DNA from: Paraspadella gotoi
Lineage: Eukaryota > Animalia > Chaetognatha
NCBI GenBank assembly: GCA_051294375.1
Contig: CM119270.1
Coordinates: 2,971,213 to 3,035,212 of the forward strand
Direction of reading: 5' to 3'
DNA length: 64,000 bases
The notes beneath the pieces were generated by a model. It was not told the DNA's origin. It was given only the letters and a program-made list of their open reading frames with translations, and did not search any database. This document shows, piece by piece, positions 39,810 to 55,006 of this stretch. The first letter of the stretch is position 1, and each line of letters starts with the position of its first letter. Both the position numbers and the translations under genes were made by a program.

Positions 39810-40116
39810 AGGGATACAGAGGATACAGAGGATAAAGCAGATACAGAGGAGACAGAGGATACATAGGATACAGGGTATACAGAGGATACAGAGGATACAG
39901 AGGATAGAGAGGATAGAGAGGATACAGAGGATAAAGCGGATACAGAGGAGAACAGAGGATACATAGATTACAGGGTATACAGAGGATACAGAGGATACGA
40001 GGAAGAGAGAATAGAGAGGTACAGGATAAGCTCAGAGGAAAGATACATAGGATACATGGGTATACAGAGGATACAGAGGATACAGAGGATACAGCGGATA
40101 CAGAGGATACAGAGGA
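39810..40116. repeat. 9-bp minisatellite (gatacagag)n
   Basis: Direct reading. Confidence 0.95.
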
Positions 40117-40161
40117 TTCGCTTTTCTTGCATCGGCGTCTCCAAGGAGCAGTGGACTCGTC

Positions 40162-40276
<115 letters not shown>

Positions 40277-42448
40277 CCCCGACGGTCACGGTCAGTGATC
40301 GCAGTGGTCGTTTTCTTCGCCACCCACTCGGGGGCTGAAGTGATAAACGCCGTTGAAGTGATTGACTCAGAAGTGATAAACGTTGAAGTGACAGTGATTG
40401 GACGAGGCTAAATTGTATCCAAAATTCGTGACTCAAGACTCTCCCGATTAATAAAATAAAAAGCTTTGGCATTTTTAGTTTTTTTTTTAATTTGCAGACC
40501 CAGCGACGGCGATTTAAAAGCCTCCGTCTTTTTGTGCAATGATTGCATCTCCTGCAGCGTATTTCCTCTTTGATCAACGATGAGGCGACAGATGTTGTTG
40601 AATTTACGATTGCAGTAACGTTGGCGGCTTCCGTCGCTGAACGACGCTTATCTGCAGTTTTCGTTGTTGACTCGGGCGTCGTCGATGACGAAGTCGACGT
40701 TATTGCAACAGGTTTTATTGGTAAAAGCAAATATTCTCGGGCAGGTTTCGGCGGCATCAATGGATCAGGCGTTGGCAGCTGGAGATGAAGATTTTGGTGT
40801 AGTTTTGAAAAGTGAAGTGGATTTCCTAATAAAACCAGAATTTGTTTCCCTCCACAAGAGTCAAAGTCATCGTCGTCGTTGTCGTCGTCGTTGTCGTCGT
40901 CGTCGTCGTTGTCGTCGTCGTTGTCGTCGTCGTCGTTGTCGTCGTCGTTGCTGTCTGGAGGTTACGACCCTCGACGACGTCGCTTGACTTTTGCCGAGGG
41001 AGGGAGGAGAGGGGAGATGGGAGAGGGTAGAGGGGAGAGAGAAGAGGGAAGAGGGAGAGAGGAGAGGGGAGAGAGGAGAGAGGAGAGAGGCAGAGAGGAG
41101 AGAGGAGAGGAAGGGAGAAGAGAAAGAAGGGGAAGGTGAAGAGAGAGGAAGAAGAGGGAAAACAGGAATGGGGGAGGAGCGAGAGGAGAGAGGGAAAAAG
41201 TATAAGGGGAGAAAAGAGAGAAAAAGAAGAGGGAGAGAGAGGACAAAATGGAAGAGTAATTAGTAATAACTCTGTAAGGAAGAAATAGGTAGAGACTTAA
41301 ATAATAAAGAAAGAGATTGAAAAAAAAAAAGAAAATGAAAAAAAAGGAAATGTGGTTGAGTTAAACTGGAATTCTAAAAAAAAAAAAAGGAAAATGGATC
41401 CTAGGTGAAGAAAAGAAAAGAAATTCCGAGACTATGGCATAATTTAAAGAGGATGGTGGAATAAAAGATTTCGCAATGGAATCGAATCCGATTCCACCTT
41501 CCGCCCCCCCCTCCCCCCCTTCAACCTTCAACCTCTTATCCCTTCGAAGTTGGATTCGTTTTTATTCCTTCGCATTTTCGTTAATCTTCGCCGAAATTTC
41601 GTGTTTAGCTTCTTAATGGCGGTGGCATCTCTTGGCGCCGTTTGCCATCGCCGTCTCCCATCGCCATCTACGAGTGCCATCTCTAATCGCCATCTCCAAG
41701 TGCCATTTATAATCGCCATCTCAATTCCGCCATGTCCCTAAGTCCCATTGTAAGAGATACATTCTTAGAATAATACTAAATGAGATTGAGATTTCATCAA
41801 TCTCATTTGCATATAGTAGTAAATCATTTTATGTGCAATTGATTTTTGTACTGTAATATTTTTAGGCATATATTTGGATTTTATATTACTTTTCTATATT
41901 GTTTAGTAGTTTAATTGATTCATAGATAATTTTGTGATAATTTGATAGATTAATTATGTCATTAATGATTGAGAGTTTATCTCTATCCTGGCTGACCTTT
42001 TCATAACTCATAAATACTTTATTATTCAAAGGTGAAATCAATGGTCTGCTTGGATCAAGGGAAGTACTCTCATGTTAGAGTCCCATATCTCTGAAGTCCT
42101 TGCTCAATGTATTAAGTGTTGACTAGTTGTATTAAATAAACAATAATTATAATAATAAAGATAAATTATATTTGTATTTAGTTATATAGCTATTGTAATA
42201 AATCTCAGGTAAACTAGAAAGGCAGCGCGAGCTTTATCACTGAAGATATAAGTAACAAATAATATATAATTCATAACCTGAGTCCCACTCCTATACCATC
42301 GCCGTTTCCCTTGGCCATCTCAAGATTCCATTTCTTCGAACTTACCTCACCTCACCTTTTCGCCGCCAAATCCCAAGTCCGCTTCACTTACCTTTTCTCG
42401 ATCCAAAATCGGAGAATAACTGTTGAAGGAAGATGAGAGGCAAAATCA

Positions 42449-42480
<32 letters not shown>

Positions 42481-42581
42481 TCGTCGGTGTCGTCGTATCG
42501 TCGTTGTCGTCGTCGTCGTCGTCGCGAACGACTTTGGGCAAGTCGAGAATTAGAAATAAGGAAGACGGACAAAAGGGACAC

Positions 42582-42675
<94 letters not shown>

Positions 42676-42763
42676 ATGTAAATGTTGAAGCTTGGAAGTT
42701 CGTTTTCAACGGTTGCATGTTGCGTTCTCCGAAAAATCGAAAGTCGCTCTGAATGAAAGAAAG

Positions 42764-42794
<31 letters not shown>

Positions 42795-42831
42795 AAAGAG
42801 AAAGAAAGAAAGAAAAGAAAGAAAGAAACGA

Positions 42832-42867
<36 letters not shown>

Positions 42868-42959
42868 TTTTCATTAGTGTGGAATTTCGGGATTTTTTTT
42901 TCTCTCCTCTTATTCTCTGTTTTCGGTTTTCTATCATCCCTTCCCTTTCATTAACCCCC

Positions 42960-43016
<57 letters not shown>

Positions 43017-44401
43017 TTATTGAACTTTTTTACTTTTTCCTCCTTAATTGTCTTCTCTTGCTTCTTCGGTGGCCTGGTCGTCTTCTCTCCTACTTCGCTT
43101 GATGTATATTTGCAATACTTAAATAGGCAAAGGAAAACATTACTTTAAAAAAAAGAAATTGTTAAAAGGTCGAGGATTTTTTTCTTTTCGATTCTTAGAC
43201 TTAGACAAACATCTCGTCTCCGTAAGAGACGAGCATCGACTAGTAACGATCATAAATTTGACCGATGAACTTGAAATAAAGTCAAACAAAATAAAGTCAA
43301 ACAACAACAGAAATAATAGAATAAAGCTAATAAAATTTCTAATAAAACCCGCATACTCTGACCGACTAAAAAGCTTAATATCTTTAACAATCATTCGATG
43401 TTTATTTCAAAATCGAATTTTTATTTACTTTCTCCCGACTCCCAGACGCGAAACGCTCTCCGCGATAAGAATTTCACTTCAAGATTTGTGTTGAGCAAAG
43501 AAAAAGTCAAACAAGAAGAGTGAGAGAGAGAGAGAGAGAGACAAGCTTGTTCGACGTTCACTCCGCCACCAAGCAATCTCCCACCAAGCTTTAGCAACTC
43601 GAGAAACCCGTCCACACCCGTCCACACCCCGGCTAAGTTTTCCATACGTGGGATTTGGTTTTTAGAATAGGATAAAAGATTAAAGTTAATAGTGAAGGGA
43701 TAAGATTCGGGATTCGTGTTAAGGATCGTGCATAAAGTTTAGGGATAAGGTTAAAATCTGGGATTAGACTGAGGCATTAAGATTAAATATTCAAGAATAA
43801 AACCAAAGTTTTAAAATATTTCGTTTAAAATTAAATCGAGGGATTAAGGAACAGAAATGAGTCGCTATCGGAAAATAGTGGTCTGACCCTGACCCCGGGG
43901 GGGGGACGAGCGATCGTTGACCGACCATTGCGTCGACGTCGACGTCGTTTCCGGCGGCCGATTAATTTGATTAACCTTTCGGAGGAGAGGGAGACAGAGA
44001 GAGAGAGGGAGAAGGGAGGAAGGAGAGAGGGAGAGGGGAAGGAGGAAGAGGAAGAGGAGGAGGAGACTCAAGTGTTAAAAAGTCAAGCGTGTGCACGATC
44101 TCGAGTGTTTGCAAACTCGAAAAGTTTCCTCTCACTAGTCTTTAGTGTCTATATACGAGTTTTCAGGGTTTAAGTATGGTTCCCCTTCCGTTTCAGTGTG
44201 CGTGCCTCCCGAGGGTCTCGGACCTCTGACTATGCGAGACTCTTTAATCTTTGACGAGATTAATTGTCGGGATCTTAAACTCGATTTCAGCTCCGGGGTC
44301 AAATGGAGCGAAAAGAGAGAAAAAACAGGTTTTTGAAATTGAATTTGAATGAAAAAAAAAGTTTTGTTAGTCATAAGTGTGTCTTTGGTGGTGTGGTGAG
44401 A

Positions 44402-44483
<82 letters not shown>

Positions 44484-45242
44484 TGTTGTTCTTAGTAAAT
44501 TTTTCATTTCAATTGGCAAAAAAATATTGAACGATCGAAGAAAATTATCAGTTTCTTGAATTGGCTGAGAAAAATATGAGAGAAGGATAGACAGAGACAG
44601 AGAGAGTTAAAAGAGAGTTAGCGAGAGAAAAACAGAGACAGAGACGGGCCTCTCTCTCTCTCTCCAAGGCGGACGGAAACTGACATAAAAAAACGAAGAA
44701 TCGGGAAGAGATTTTTATGTTGATCGAATTTGAAATAAGTTTGATTCGTTTGGGTGGAAGAAGAGAAACAGAGAAAAGTCGTTTGAAAGTCGATCCTTAG
44801 GATGGGTCATCCCATTGTGGGGGGAGAGACGATATCGTGGACTTGTGGTGGCGTGGATCTGTGGTGCTTTGTGGGCCTCGAAATGATCCCGATGTTGGTT
44901 GGAGATTTTCAAAAGATCCGTAAATGTCCGGACGAGTTTAGAAAGGATCAGCGCGATTTAAACGATGAAAGAAAAGACGAATAAAAAAAAGATTTAATTT
45001 TTGTTTTAATTTTAATCAACATTTTTATTTCGATGTTTCTCTTTGCCGAATTTTGGGGCCTCAAGAAAATGACCTATAAATAGTTTTCTTTTTCTTTTTT
45101 GTTGCACACTTTTTGGTCGGTCAGTCTAGTTTTCTATTTATTTGTCTTGAGTTTAAATGTATGAATGAGATTTGGAAATAATTCAAACCGTTCCCTTGCC
45201 TCGTTTTAATCCAAGATCAGATAAGTTCATCAATTAATTATA

Positions 45243-45360
45243 ATACACGTTGATCTTATGATCTTATGATCTTAAGATCTTATGATCTTATGATCTTATG
45301 ATCTTATGATCTTATGATCTTTTGATCTTATGATCTTATGATCTTATGATACACGTTGAT
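45243..45360. repeat. (TGATCTTA)n 8-bp array flanked by the direct repeat atacacgttgat
   Basis: Direct reading. Confidence 0.9.
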
Positions 45361-45619
45361 ATTTGTTTTTCTTAAGAAAACGCGCGTTAACCACATCCAA
45401 CCTGGCGGGTCCGTCTAATTTATCGAAATGTAACGAAAATTAACCAATCTGAGACTTATGCACTCGAGAAAAACCTGAACCTTGTTACCCCCTACGTCTA
45501 GGATTAAGAAATTGTTTTTCATTTTGAATCGCAAACTCCGCACGTTAATTAACCTTTGCCGATCGCTACCCATCAATGATCGCTACTCATTTTAAAAATT
45601 ACTGATCGCTACTCATTTT

Positions 45620-45945
45620 AGCCAATCAATGATCGTTACTCATTTTAGCCAATCAATGATAGCTACTCATTTTAGCCTATAATGATCTTTTCTCATATCA
45701 GAATAATATCTTTTCACTTCAGCCAATCAATGATCTCTCCTCAATTCAGCCAATCAATGATCTCTCCTCAATTCAGCCAATCAATGATCTCTCCTCAATT
45801 CAGCCAATCAATGATCTCTCCTCAATTCAGCCAATCAATGATCTCTCCTCAATTCAGCCAATCAATGATCTCTCCTCAATTCAGCCAATCAATGAACTCT
45901 TCTCACTTCAGCCAATCAATGATCTCTCCTCAATTCAGCCAATCA
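45620..45945 (+). repeat. 27-bp minisatellite, each unit containing AGCCAATCA (CCAAT box)
   Basis: tcagccaatcaatgatctctcctcaat repeated ~9 times, plus divergent upstream units. Confidence 0.95.
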
Positions 45946-46037
45946 GTGCGTCTGAAATCGACCGAATACCCACTCAGCGCGGTCGCTTCATCTCCCGTTT
46001 GGGAGTCAAGACACCGCGCTAATCGAATTGTCATCGG

Positions 46038-46131
<94 letters not shown>

Positions 46132-46264
46132 CACCCCGAAGCGAAAACGGGATTAACGAAACCGCGTCGCGTTTTAGCGAGAAAAAGAGAAATTTGCTCG
46201 AAGCGTGAATTGGTTCGCGTTTAATGAACTCGTGAGTTAGAAAGAAGATTTTTCAAAATCTGGA

Positions 46265-46322
<58 letters not shown>

Positions 46323-46577
46323 ATCTTTCTCATCTCCATGACTCCATCAACAGCATCAATTTCAGCAGCAAGGAATTAAGCGCGAATAACAGCTGACGCA
46401 GGGTTGAATAGTTTTTTTTTTGCAATAGAATCGATCTTTCTCTTCCTCTCTCTCTCTCTCCTCTCCTGTCTCTCTCAGTCTCTCTCTCTCTCTCTCTCTC
46501 TTCGTCTCTCTCTCTCTCTCTCTCTCAAAATGTGTTCCTGAATGTGTTTTTTCCTTCGTTCCTCCCACTCTATTCCT

Positions 46578-46632
<55 letters not shown>

Positions 46633-46777
46633 CTCTCTCTCTCTCTCTCCTCTCTATAATGTTTTTTCCTTCGTTCCTCCCACTCTCCATCTTCCTTGTC
46701 TATCTTTTCCTTTCTCCTTTCCTTCCTCTCTTCTTTTCCCTCTTTCTTTTTTCTCCTTTTCTTTTTTTTTCTTTACT

Positions 46778-47145
46778 CCTTTTATTTCCTTTCCTCCTTT
46801 GCTCCTTCTCTTCATCATCACTTCTCCTTCAATGACTTCTTCTCTTCTACTCAATTCACTCTCTTTCCTTTTTCCTCCTTTCTTTTCTTTTTCCTTTTCC
46901 CTTCCTCCTTTTATTTCCTTTCCTCCTTTGCTCCTTCTCTTCATCATCACTTCTCCTTCAATGACTTCTTCTCTTCTACTCAATTCACTCTCTTTCCTTT
47001 TTCCTCCTTTCTTTTCTTTTTTCTTTTCCCTTCCTCCTTTTATTTCCTTTCCTCCTTTGCTCCTTCTCTTCATCATCACTTCTCCTTCAATGACTTCTTC
47101 TCTTCTACTCAATTCACTCTCTTTCCTTTCTCCTCCTTTCTTTCC
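46778..47145. repeat. 129-bp pyrimidine-rich tandem repeat, ~2.8 copies
   Basis: Units start at ~46781, 46910 and 47039. Confidence 0.9.
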
Positions 47146-50100
47146 TCTCCACCCTCCCTCTCTCTTCCCTCCCTCTCTTCCACTTCCTCCCCAATGAGTC
47201 CTTGGCGTTAAAACCCTTGTCCTCTTCCTCCTCCTCCTCCTCCTCCTCCCCCTCCTCCTCCTCACCATTGAGAACCATAAAATTCGAATTCGCGGCTTCT
47301 TCTCTGGCAAGGTAGGAGGAGAGAGAGTAAAGAGAGGAAATAGATAGGAAAGAGAGGAAATAGATAGGAAAGAGAGGAAATACAGCTAAGGCAATCGACA
47401 CAAAAAATCGGCCCAATAAAAATGAACGTTTTCGGTTTGTTTATAAATAAAAACCATTGATCTTGAATTTATGCTTCACAGTGAGACACTAGTGAAAATC
47501 TAAGATTTTAAGAGAAACAAGGATAACGAAAAAATACTGAAAAAAATTATAACTCGGCTGTGGAAAGTATTTATAACGAAAAAAAGGAGAAAAAAAAAGA
47601 ATGCTCAAAATTGCTCATTTTTTATTAGAGGAGAGAGATGTACATCGGATGTTAATGATGATTTAGCTCTAAAAATCCTTAACCCTCATTTATTAACAAA
47701 CCCATAATGTGCAATGTACAATCCCTAGCCAAATATCCAACCCAAATCAGAAACCTTTGTAATTAATCGCTAACCTCATACTTATCCCTGACTTTAACCT
47801 AACCACTTCAGAATTTGAGCAGAAATGCGGCGCTTTCGATAAATATGGCCGATTATTGCGAATATCATCGTACGACGCTCACTGTTTTGTGTTTACGGTA
47901 CAGTGAGGAAAAGAATTAGTATCCCATCGAAAAAAAACTGTAAACCCTCTTGAGGTCGAGAGAGTAAAGGTGCTTCCTAATTCAAACCAATGCATATCGC
48001 ACAGTGTGCAATGCACACTCCTGCAATACACACTACTGCAATGTTTTTTTTTCGACGGGACGAAACTGCGGGGGAAAGACGAGGTTAAAGTATCCCTTAA
48101 TGATTCGCCTATGAATTGCAGATGCAAAGGAGGTGCAAGGGGGCGATTCGGTCTGGCAGGTGCAACGCCGATGGTTCGCGAGTGCTGGGAAAGTTCCGGG
48201 GAGGTGTCCGTGATGTGCTTGGGAGGTGCCGAGGTTGCGTCGCAGGTGCAGAAGGGCGAATGTTGCTTCGCGAAAAAGAAACTTCGTTGATTCAGTCGCG
48301 TTTTTTTTTCTTCAAGGTCTCGAGTTTCGAATTTCGTGTCTAAACTTTGGAAATGAAAACCGAATTTTCATTCGCCGACGTCAGGTGAGAATAAAAATTA
48401 ATCGAAACTTAATTGAAATTCCGTCATGTGGAAAATAATTTAATCTTTTTATTTGGTACTATGTATACTAAATGTATATCATGTTTAAATGAATTCTCTT
48501 AAGGGATGTGATGTGATTTTTTTTAATTCGTAATCGATCACAAGAAAGCTATTTTAATTTATTTAGCTGTCGGCAAAATCTGTTATTTTTATTAACAATA
48601 TGCATTGTACAATTTTCTTTTTGTCTCAACGAAATGGAGAGTGCTTCTCTCCGGGCACCGATTACGACTTTGAGCAGTTCGCAAGTGGAGGCCCCAAACT
48701 AGTACAGCATCGGCAAAAGGCCAAAAACCAAATCTTATTATTCGTTCTCTCTCTCTCTCTCTCTCACTCTCTCTCTCCTCTCGTCTCTGCTCTTGTCCTC
48801 TCTCCTCCTCTCTCTCTCTCCTCTCTCTTTCGATCTCCTTTGATTCCATTTTCTCCCTCCTCACCCGTTTAATTTTTTTTTCCCTTTTTCTTCCCTCTAA
48901 TCTTTTTTATTTCCTTTTTTTTCCTAATTTCTTTTTCTTTCTTTTTTTCTTTTTTCTTTCCTTTACTGTTTTTTATTTCCTTTTCCTTTTTTTCTTTTTA
49001 TTTTCTCTAATCTATTTTTTTATTCCTTTTCTTTTCTCTAATCTTTTTTTATTTTTTTTATTTTTCCTTCCTCTAATCTCTTTTTCTTTCCTTTTCCTTT
49101 TTTTTCTTCTTTCTTCTTATCTCTTTTTGTTTCCCTTATTTTTTTTTTCCTCTTAAGTTTTTTATTTCCTTTTTTTCACTTTTTCTTTCCTTTAATCTCT
49201 TTTTAATTTATTTTTTTCTTTCCTCTAATCCCTTTTCATTTCCTTTTTGTCCTCTGTTTTTACTTTTTCTCCTTTCCTTTTCAACTCTCCTTTTTTTCAC
49301 TTTTCCCGGTGGCTTTTTTTCAGTCTTTATTCCTCACCCTTATCCTCACCTTTCCTTCACCTTGCTTCCATTTCTCTCCCTCTCTTCTCCTCCATTCGAT
49401 TCTTCTTTCCTCCTCCTCCTCCTCCTCCTCCTCCTCCTCCTCCTCCCCCTCCTCCTCTCTTCATCGGATACGAAAAGAGACTCGATATCTTAAGACCGAC
49501 TCGTTTCTCAAGTTGAACCACAAAAGCTAAGACCCAATGTTGGCCACTGAGAGAAGTGGGAGGAGTGGCCATTAAAATAGATTTGGCCAAAAAAAAAAAA
49601 AAAAAACTGAAAGAAAGGAGTGGCCAATGAAAGAGGATTGGTTTGAGATGAAAAAGCAACAAGTGGTCTTTGAAAAAGTATTGGTCAAAAGAAAAATGGA
49701 AAGGCCAATATAACAGTAAAGGCCAAAATATGGAAAGTAAGGAATGGCCTTTGACCAAGAAATGGCCAAAAAAACTTGAGTGGCCGCAAATTGAGGACCC
49801 AATTCACTCACCGTGATCAAATCGACCTCAGAGCGTTTAATGGTTTTCTACGTATAACCGCATAGTACAATGAGATCTTAATACCATTAACCATTAACCG
49901 TTAACCATTAACCATCAACCGTTAACCATTAACCATTCCTATCCCGGTACCCAATCAAGTTTTCTCGAAAATGAATGAGATCACAAAAAGTGGAAGGAAA
50001 CTCAAAATAAATGTAACCACAGCTAAACAACCACTGCGTAGCCACAACCCCCCACTACGTACAGTTACAACCAATTCTGCAAGGTCACAACTACCACTAC

Positions 50101-50264
50101 GCGGTTGCAACCACTACACCCCTGCAACCACCACACCCCTGCAACCACCACACCCCTGCAACCACCACACCACAGCCACCAAACGACTTCTTAACCGCGG
50201 AACCGAATAATCTCGTCTGGGGACAAAGAAGATCCTTTATTCGGTCTTAGGATTTAAAGAAAGA

Positions 50265-50560
50265 GGACGACGACGACGATGACGACGACGACAATGATGA
50301 TGATGACGACGATAAATACGACGACAATGATGACGATGATGATGATGATGATGACGACGATGACGATTAAGATGACAACGACAATGAAGACGACGACAAT
50401 GATGACGATGATGACAATGACAACGACAATGAAGATGACAACGACAATGATGATGATGACAACGATAAAGATCACGATGATGATGACGATGATTATGATG
50501 AAGACATTAACGATGACGACGACAATGATGATGATGACGATGATGACGATGATGACGACT
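50265..50560. repeat. (GAC/GAT/AAT)n compound trinucleotide repeat
   Basis: Direct reading; the Asp frame is interrupted by TAA. Confidence 0.9.
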
Positions 50561-51260
50561 CCGAATTCGACGTCGATGTCACGGAATTATTCAATTGGTA
50601 AATGCTTATGCAGGATTCTTGCAATATAAATAGTGAAATGTATGCATATCAAGAGTCTAAATTAAACGCCAGCGGACGTCGACAACATCCTCTTCCGGTC
50701 GGTGGGTGAAAATGAAATTCACATCGGTCTGTCCAGTCTGTCACCTGGACTTCACAACATCGGGTTTCGTGAAAGAGAAGGTTTTCGAAGAGAGTTCTGG
50801 AGAAAAGTTCTGGAGAAAAGTTCTGGAGAAAAGTTCCGCAACGAGATTCAGGGAAGGGTATCCGTTGAAAGACCCCCCCCCCCCCAAAGATTCCGAAAGG
50901 GTATCCGTTGAAAGAGCCCCCCCCCCCCAAAGTATAATGTTGATTTAATTTTTCCATTTAATCAAAACTTGATCCATTTTAATTCACGTTTTTTTTCCTT
51001 TAAGCAGCACAATTTTTTTGTCACATTTCCTTCGCCGAAAGTATTTTTTCATCTTTCCTTTGCTTTTTGAATCCATGGAATCATTTTCATCCTTTAAAAA
51101 CCGGAAATCCAATCACTGCACAATCACTCGCTCCACCTGGTATCGAATTCGCTCTTCAGTTCCCAAATCAGTCACGTTTGTTTCAATAGAAAACTCGTTA
51201 CAAATCCGAGAATTCAATCAGTTCCGCCCCCACTAAAAAGAACCAAATCCGGGGCCCTGA

Positions 51261-51443
51261 GTGAAAGGCTTCCCCGGATGTCGAACTTGAGAGGCGTCCC
51301 CGGATGATCAACGTAAGAGGCGTCCCCGGATGTCCAACGTGAGAGGCGTCCCCGGGTGTCCAAAGTGAAAGGCGTCCCCGGATGTCCGACGTGAAAGGCG
51401 TCCCCGGATGTTCGACGTGAAAAGCGTCCCCCGGATGTCCGAC
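51261..51443. repeat. 26-bp GC-rich minisatellite (gtgaaaggcgtccccggatgtccgac), 7 copies
   Basis: Head-to-tail units, no spacers. Confidence 0.95.
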
Positions 51444-51815
51444 GACTAATTGCCGAAAGAGTCTGACCCGAGAAAGAAATCGGGCGACCTTACCTCCCTG
51501 TCGCTCACCAAGTCGCCTGCTGCTCTGTCCGGTCGAAGGAGGTCGAACTCACCTCGGCCGGGTAAGTGGGAGAGGGGTAAGTAAGTGCGACTCCTTGCGA
51601 CGCATCGTGAGGAAGGAAAACCGCGAAATTGGTGGCTTCAGTTTTAGAGTTGCTGCAGCGTCGAACTTACCCTCCCGTCGCTATTTTTTTATTTGTGCCT
51701 TTGTTCGAATTTAAACGGACTTTGTCCTTCTACTGAGAAATACTGCAAATCGCCGAAGTTCACCGAAGATGGAACAATTCTCTCTCTCTCTCTCTCTCTT
51801 CTCCCTCTCTCTCTC

Positions 51816-51856
<41 letters not shown>

Positions 51857-51921
51857 AGTCGGCGCGCGCGTGACATCCGGTTTGACACGCCCTCTTCCGC
51901 TCGCGCGCGTTTTTCCCTTCG

Positions 51922-52007
<86 letters not shown>

Positions 52008-52169
52008 AACTCTGGATTGCAGTCTAATTCGGGCCGCACCCCATTCCCCCCCCACCTTTTCCTCCGCGGATAACGATTAAAAAAAATCAAATTAAGGCAG
52101 GGATTGGATTTATCAAAAGCTTTTGGGGTGAGTGAGAGAGAAGAGAAGAGAGAGAGAGAGAGAGAGGAG

Positions 52170-52206
<37 letters not shown>

Positions 52207-52256
52207 CAGAGGAGAGAGACAGAGAGAAGAGAGAGAGAGAAGGAGAGAGAGAGAGA

Positions 52257-52300
<44 letters not shown>

Positions 52301-52846
52301 AGAGAACGAGAGACAGAAGAGAGGATGACAAAAATGACAAATAGATAAGAAAAATTTAACGAATGATGTCTAATTACAATTTAATTACAATTAATATTTC
52401 TTTCGCCTCACAACATCACCAACCTCAATTTTCGTGTCCGTGACATTAAATTCAAGGTGATCCTGATTCGAAAAGAAGCAGATTCACAATTCGTCTCACA
52501 TTTCACCGGACAATCGATCTTCAATCACAGTTTGCTCTCAATTTATTCTTCTTCTTTTCGTTTTGATCGACTGATTGATTTTTTTCTCAAGAAATAAAAA
52601 AAAACTGGTTTTTGAAGTTTGAGAGATTTTTTGGATGGGTTAATCCTGAAAACGGGGATGAGAGAGAGAGAGAGAGAGAGAGAAGAGAGACGAGAGAGAG
52701 AGAGAGAGAGAGAGATAGAGAGAGAGAAGAGAGAGAGAGAGAGCGAGAGAGGAGAGAGAACCAAATGTCAACGGAGATAAAAATCAAAATGCTGTGGAGC
52801 AAGTGATTCTGCGTCTTTCTCTTTTTCTATCTCTCTTTCTCTTGAC

Positions 52847-52877
<31 letters not shown>

Positions 52878-52879
52878 GT

Positions 52880-52957
<78 letters not shown>

Positions 52958-53794
52958 CCTTCCTGAGCTCTCTGCCTCTCCGTTCTCTGTCATTCTTCCT
53001 CCAATCCCTAAACTTTCAACTTTCCTCTCTCCTCCTCCTCCTTCCTCCTCCCCTCCTCTCCTCCTCCTCCTCCCTCACCCTCTTGACCACCCAATGACCA
53101 AAAGAGAACGCGTTAAAAGAAAAGGAGGAGAGAGAGGGAGTGACACATCGTGAGACAGCAAGAGAGAGAGAGAGAGAGAGATGGTACGAAAAAAATAAAT
53201 AAATAAATAGAAAGATTGAGAGCGAGAGGAAAAGAGCAAAGGCTCTCCTACAGATTCTGTGCCAGAGAAAGACTTAATGTCCTGACTGGAGTCACAACCG
53301 CGTCTCCTCCTCCTCTTCCTCCTCCTCCTCCTCCTCTTCCTCCAACTCTCCACTTCCTTCTTTCGCCGACATTTTCTCCTCCTCCTAAAACGATGATAAA
53401 ACTGATCAAGAAGATTTACTTATTTTTTTAAATGTTTTGAAAAGTTTTTTTTTATCAAAACATTTATGAATTCATATTGTTTTAAATTGTTTTAATGTTA
53501 TCATTTTTTTTTCAACTTTATTTTTAAACTAAAAAAGATAAAATAATATCGAAAATTATAAAATTATACTGAAGGGATGATTTTTATATTGGTTCTACCA
53601 ATTTCATAAAATAATATCAATGAATATTCAAAAACCGTTCACTATACCTTCCTCCTCCGAAGTTCCTCACTTTGGTCCTCCCGCGTTTCGGCCGGAACAA
53701 AAAAAAAAGACTAAAAAAAAAGAAAAAGTCGATATTTTTGTGGAGAAGAAAAATGTATATCAGTCGGTGGAGGATCTCTTTGGAAGAAAATGAG

Positions 53795-54392
53795 AAAAAG
53801 AGAGTGTCAATGATGAAAAGAGAATGTCAATGATGAAAAGAGAGTGTCAATGATAAAAAGAGAGTGTCAATTATAAAAAGAGAGTGTCAATTATAAAAAG
53901 AGAGTGTCAATAATGAAAAGAGAGGGTCAATGATAAAAAGAGAGTGTCAATGAAAAAAAGAGAGTGTCAATGATGAAAAGAGAATGTCAATGATGAAAAG
54001 AGAGCATCACTGAGGGTTATAATGAAGAAAAGAAAGTGTCAATGATGAAAAGAGAGGGTCAATGATAAAAAGAGAGCGTCAATTATAAAAAGAGAGTGTC
54101 AATGATGAAATGAGAGGGTCAATGATAAAAAGAGAGCGTCAATTATAAAAAGAGAGACAATGATTAAAAGAGAAAGTCAATGTTGAAAAGAGAGCATCAC
54201 TGATAAAAGTAGAACGAGGGTTATAATGAAGAAAAGAAAGTGTCATTGATGAAAAGAGACATTTCAGGATAAAAATAGAGGGTCAATGACAAAGAGACAG
54301 GGTCAGTGATAAAAAAGAGGGTAAATGATAAAATGAGAGGGTTAACGATATAAAGAGAGTGTCAATGATAAAAAAAAGAGTCAATGATGAAA
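53795..54392. repeat. 20-bp minisatellite (aaaagagagtgtcaatgatg), roughly 25-30 degenerate copies
   Basis: Direct reading. Confidence 0.95.
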
Positions 54393-54742
54393 ACTTTTAC
54401 TAAAGACCAGTGGACTCATTACTTTTTAATGATAATTAAGTTTTACGATCTCATTTTTATTTTTTTCGTGTGTTTAACTGAGACTTAAATACAGATTTAA
54501 TGTTTTACCCAAATTCTTGTACATATATTGGAGCTGGTTAACCGTTCATTCATTTAAACAAATATTCTAACAAAATTTCGACAGCATTTTTTTTTTTCAA
54601 AGTACAGATAAAACTTAGATAAATCTCAAGACTTTTCCTACTTTTTTCGTTTCTTTTGTTAAAATATTTGTCAAAACTAAATACAGCGTAATTGGTTTCT
54701 GTAGCACATAAGCGAGAAAAACATTTTAAAGATAATTCCTAG

Positions 54743-54757
54743 ATTATTATTATTATA

Positions 54758-54825
<68 letters not shown>

Positions 54826-54827
54826 CA

Positions 54828-54862
<35 letters not shown>

Positions 54863-54889
54863 GTTATTATTATCATTATTATTATTATT
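54743..54889. repeat. (ATT)n microsatellite
   Basis: Direct reading. Confidence 0.98.
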
Positions 54890-55006
54890 CCTCGATTATT
54901 TTACCAAAAGATGAAAAATTGATTTAAATATTTGTCTACAAAGTTTCGAGGAGTAAAAACGTGTAAAAAAATTAGAAATTAAATTAAATCAAATTAAATT
55001 GAGTAG

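Noticed and set aside
51261-51443. CRISPR-like array (also 24128-24350, 45620-45945, 61553-62157)
   Set aside because: Units are head-to-tail with no unique spacers, there are no cas genes, and the context is eukaryotic.
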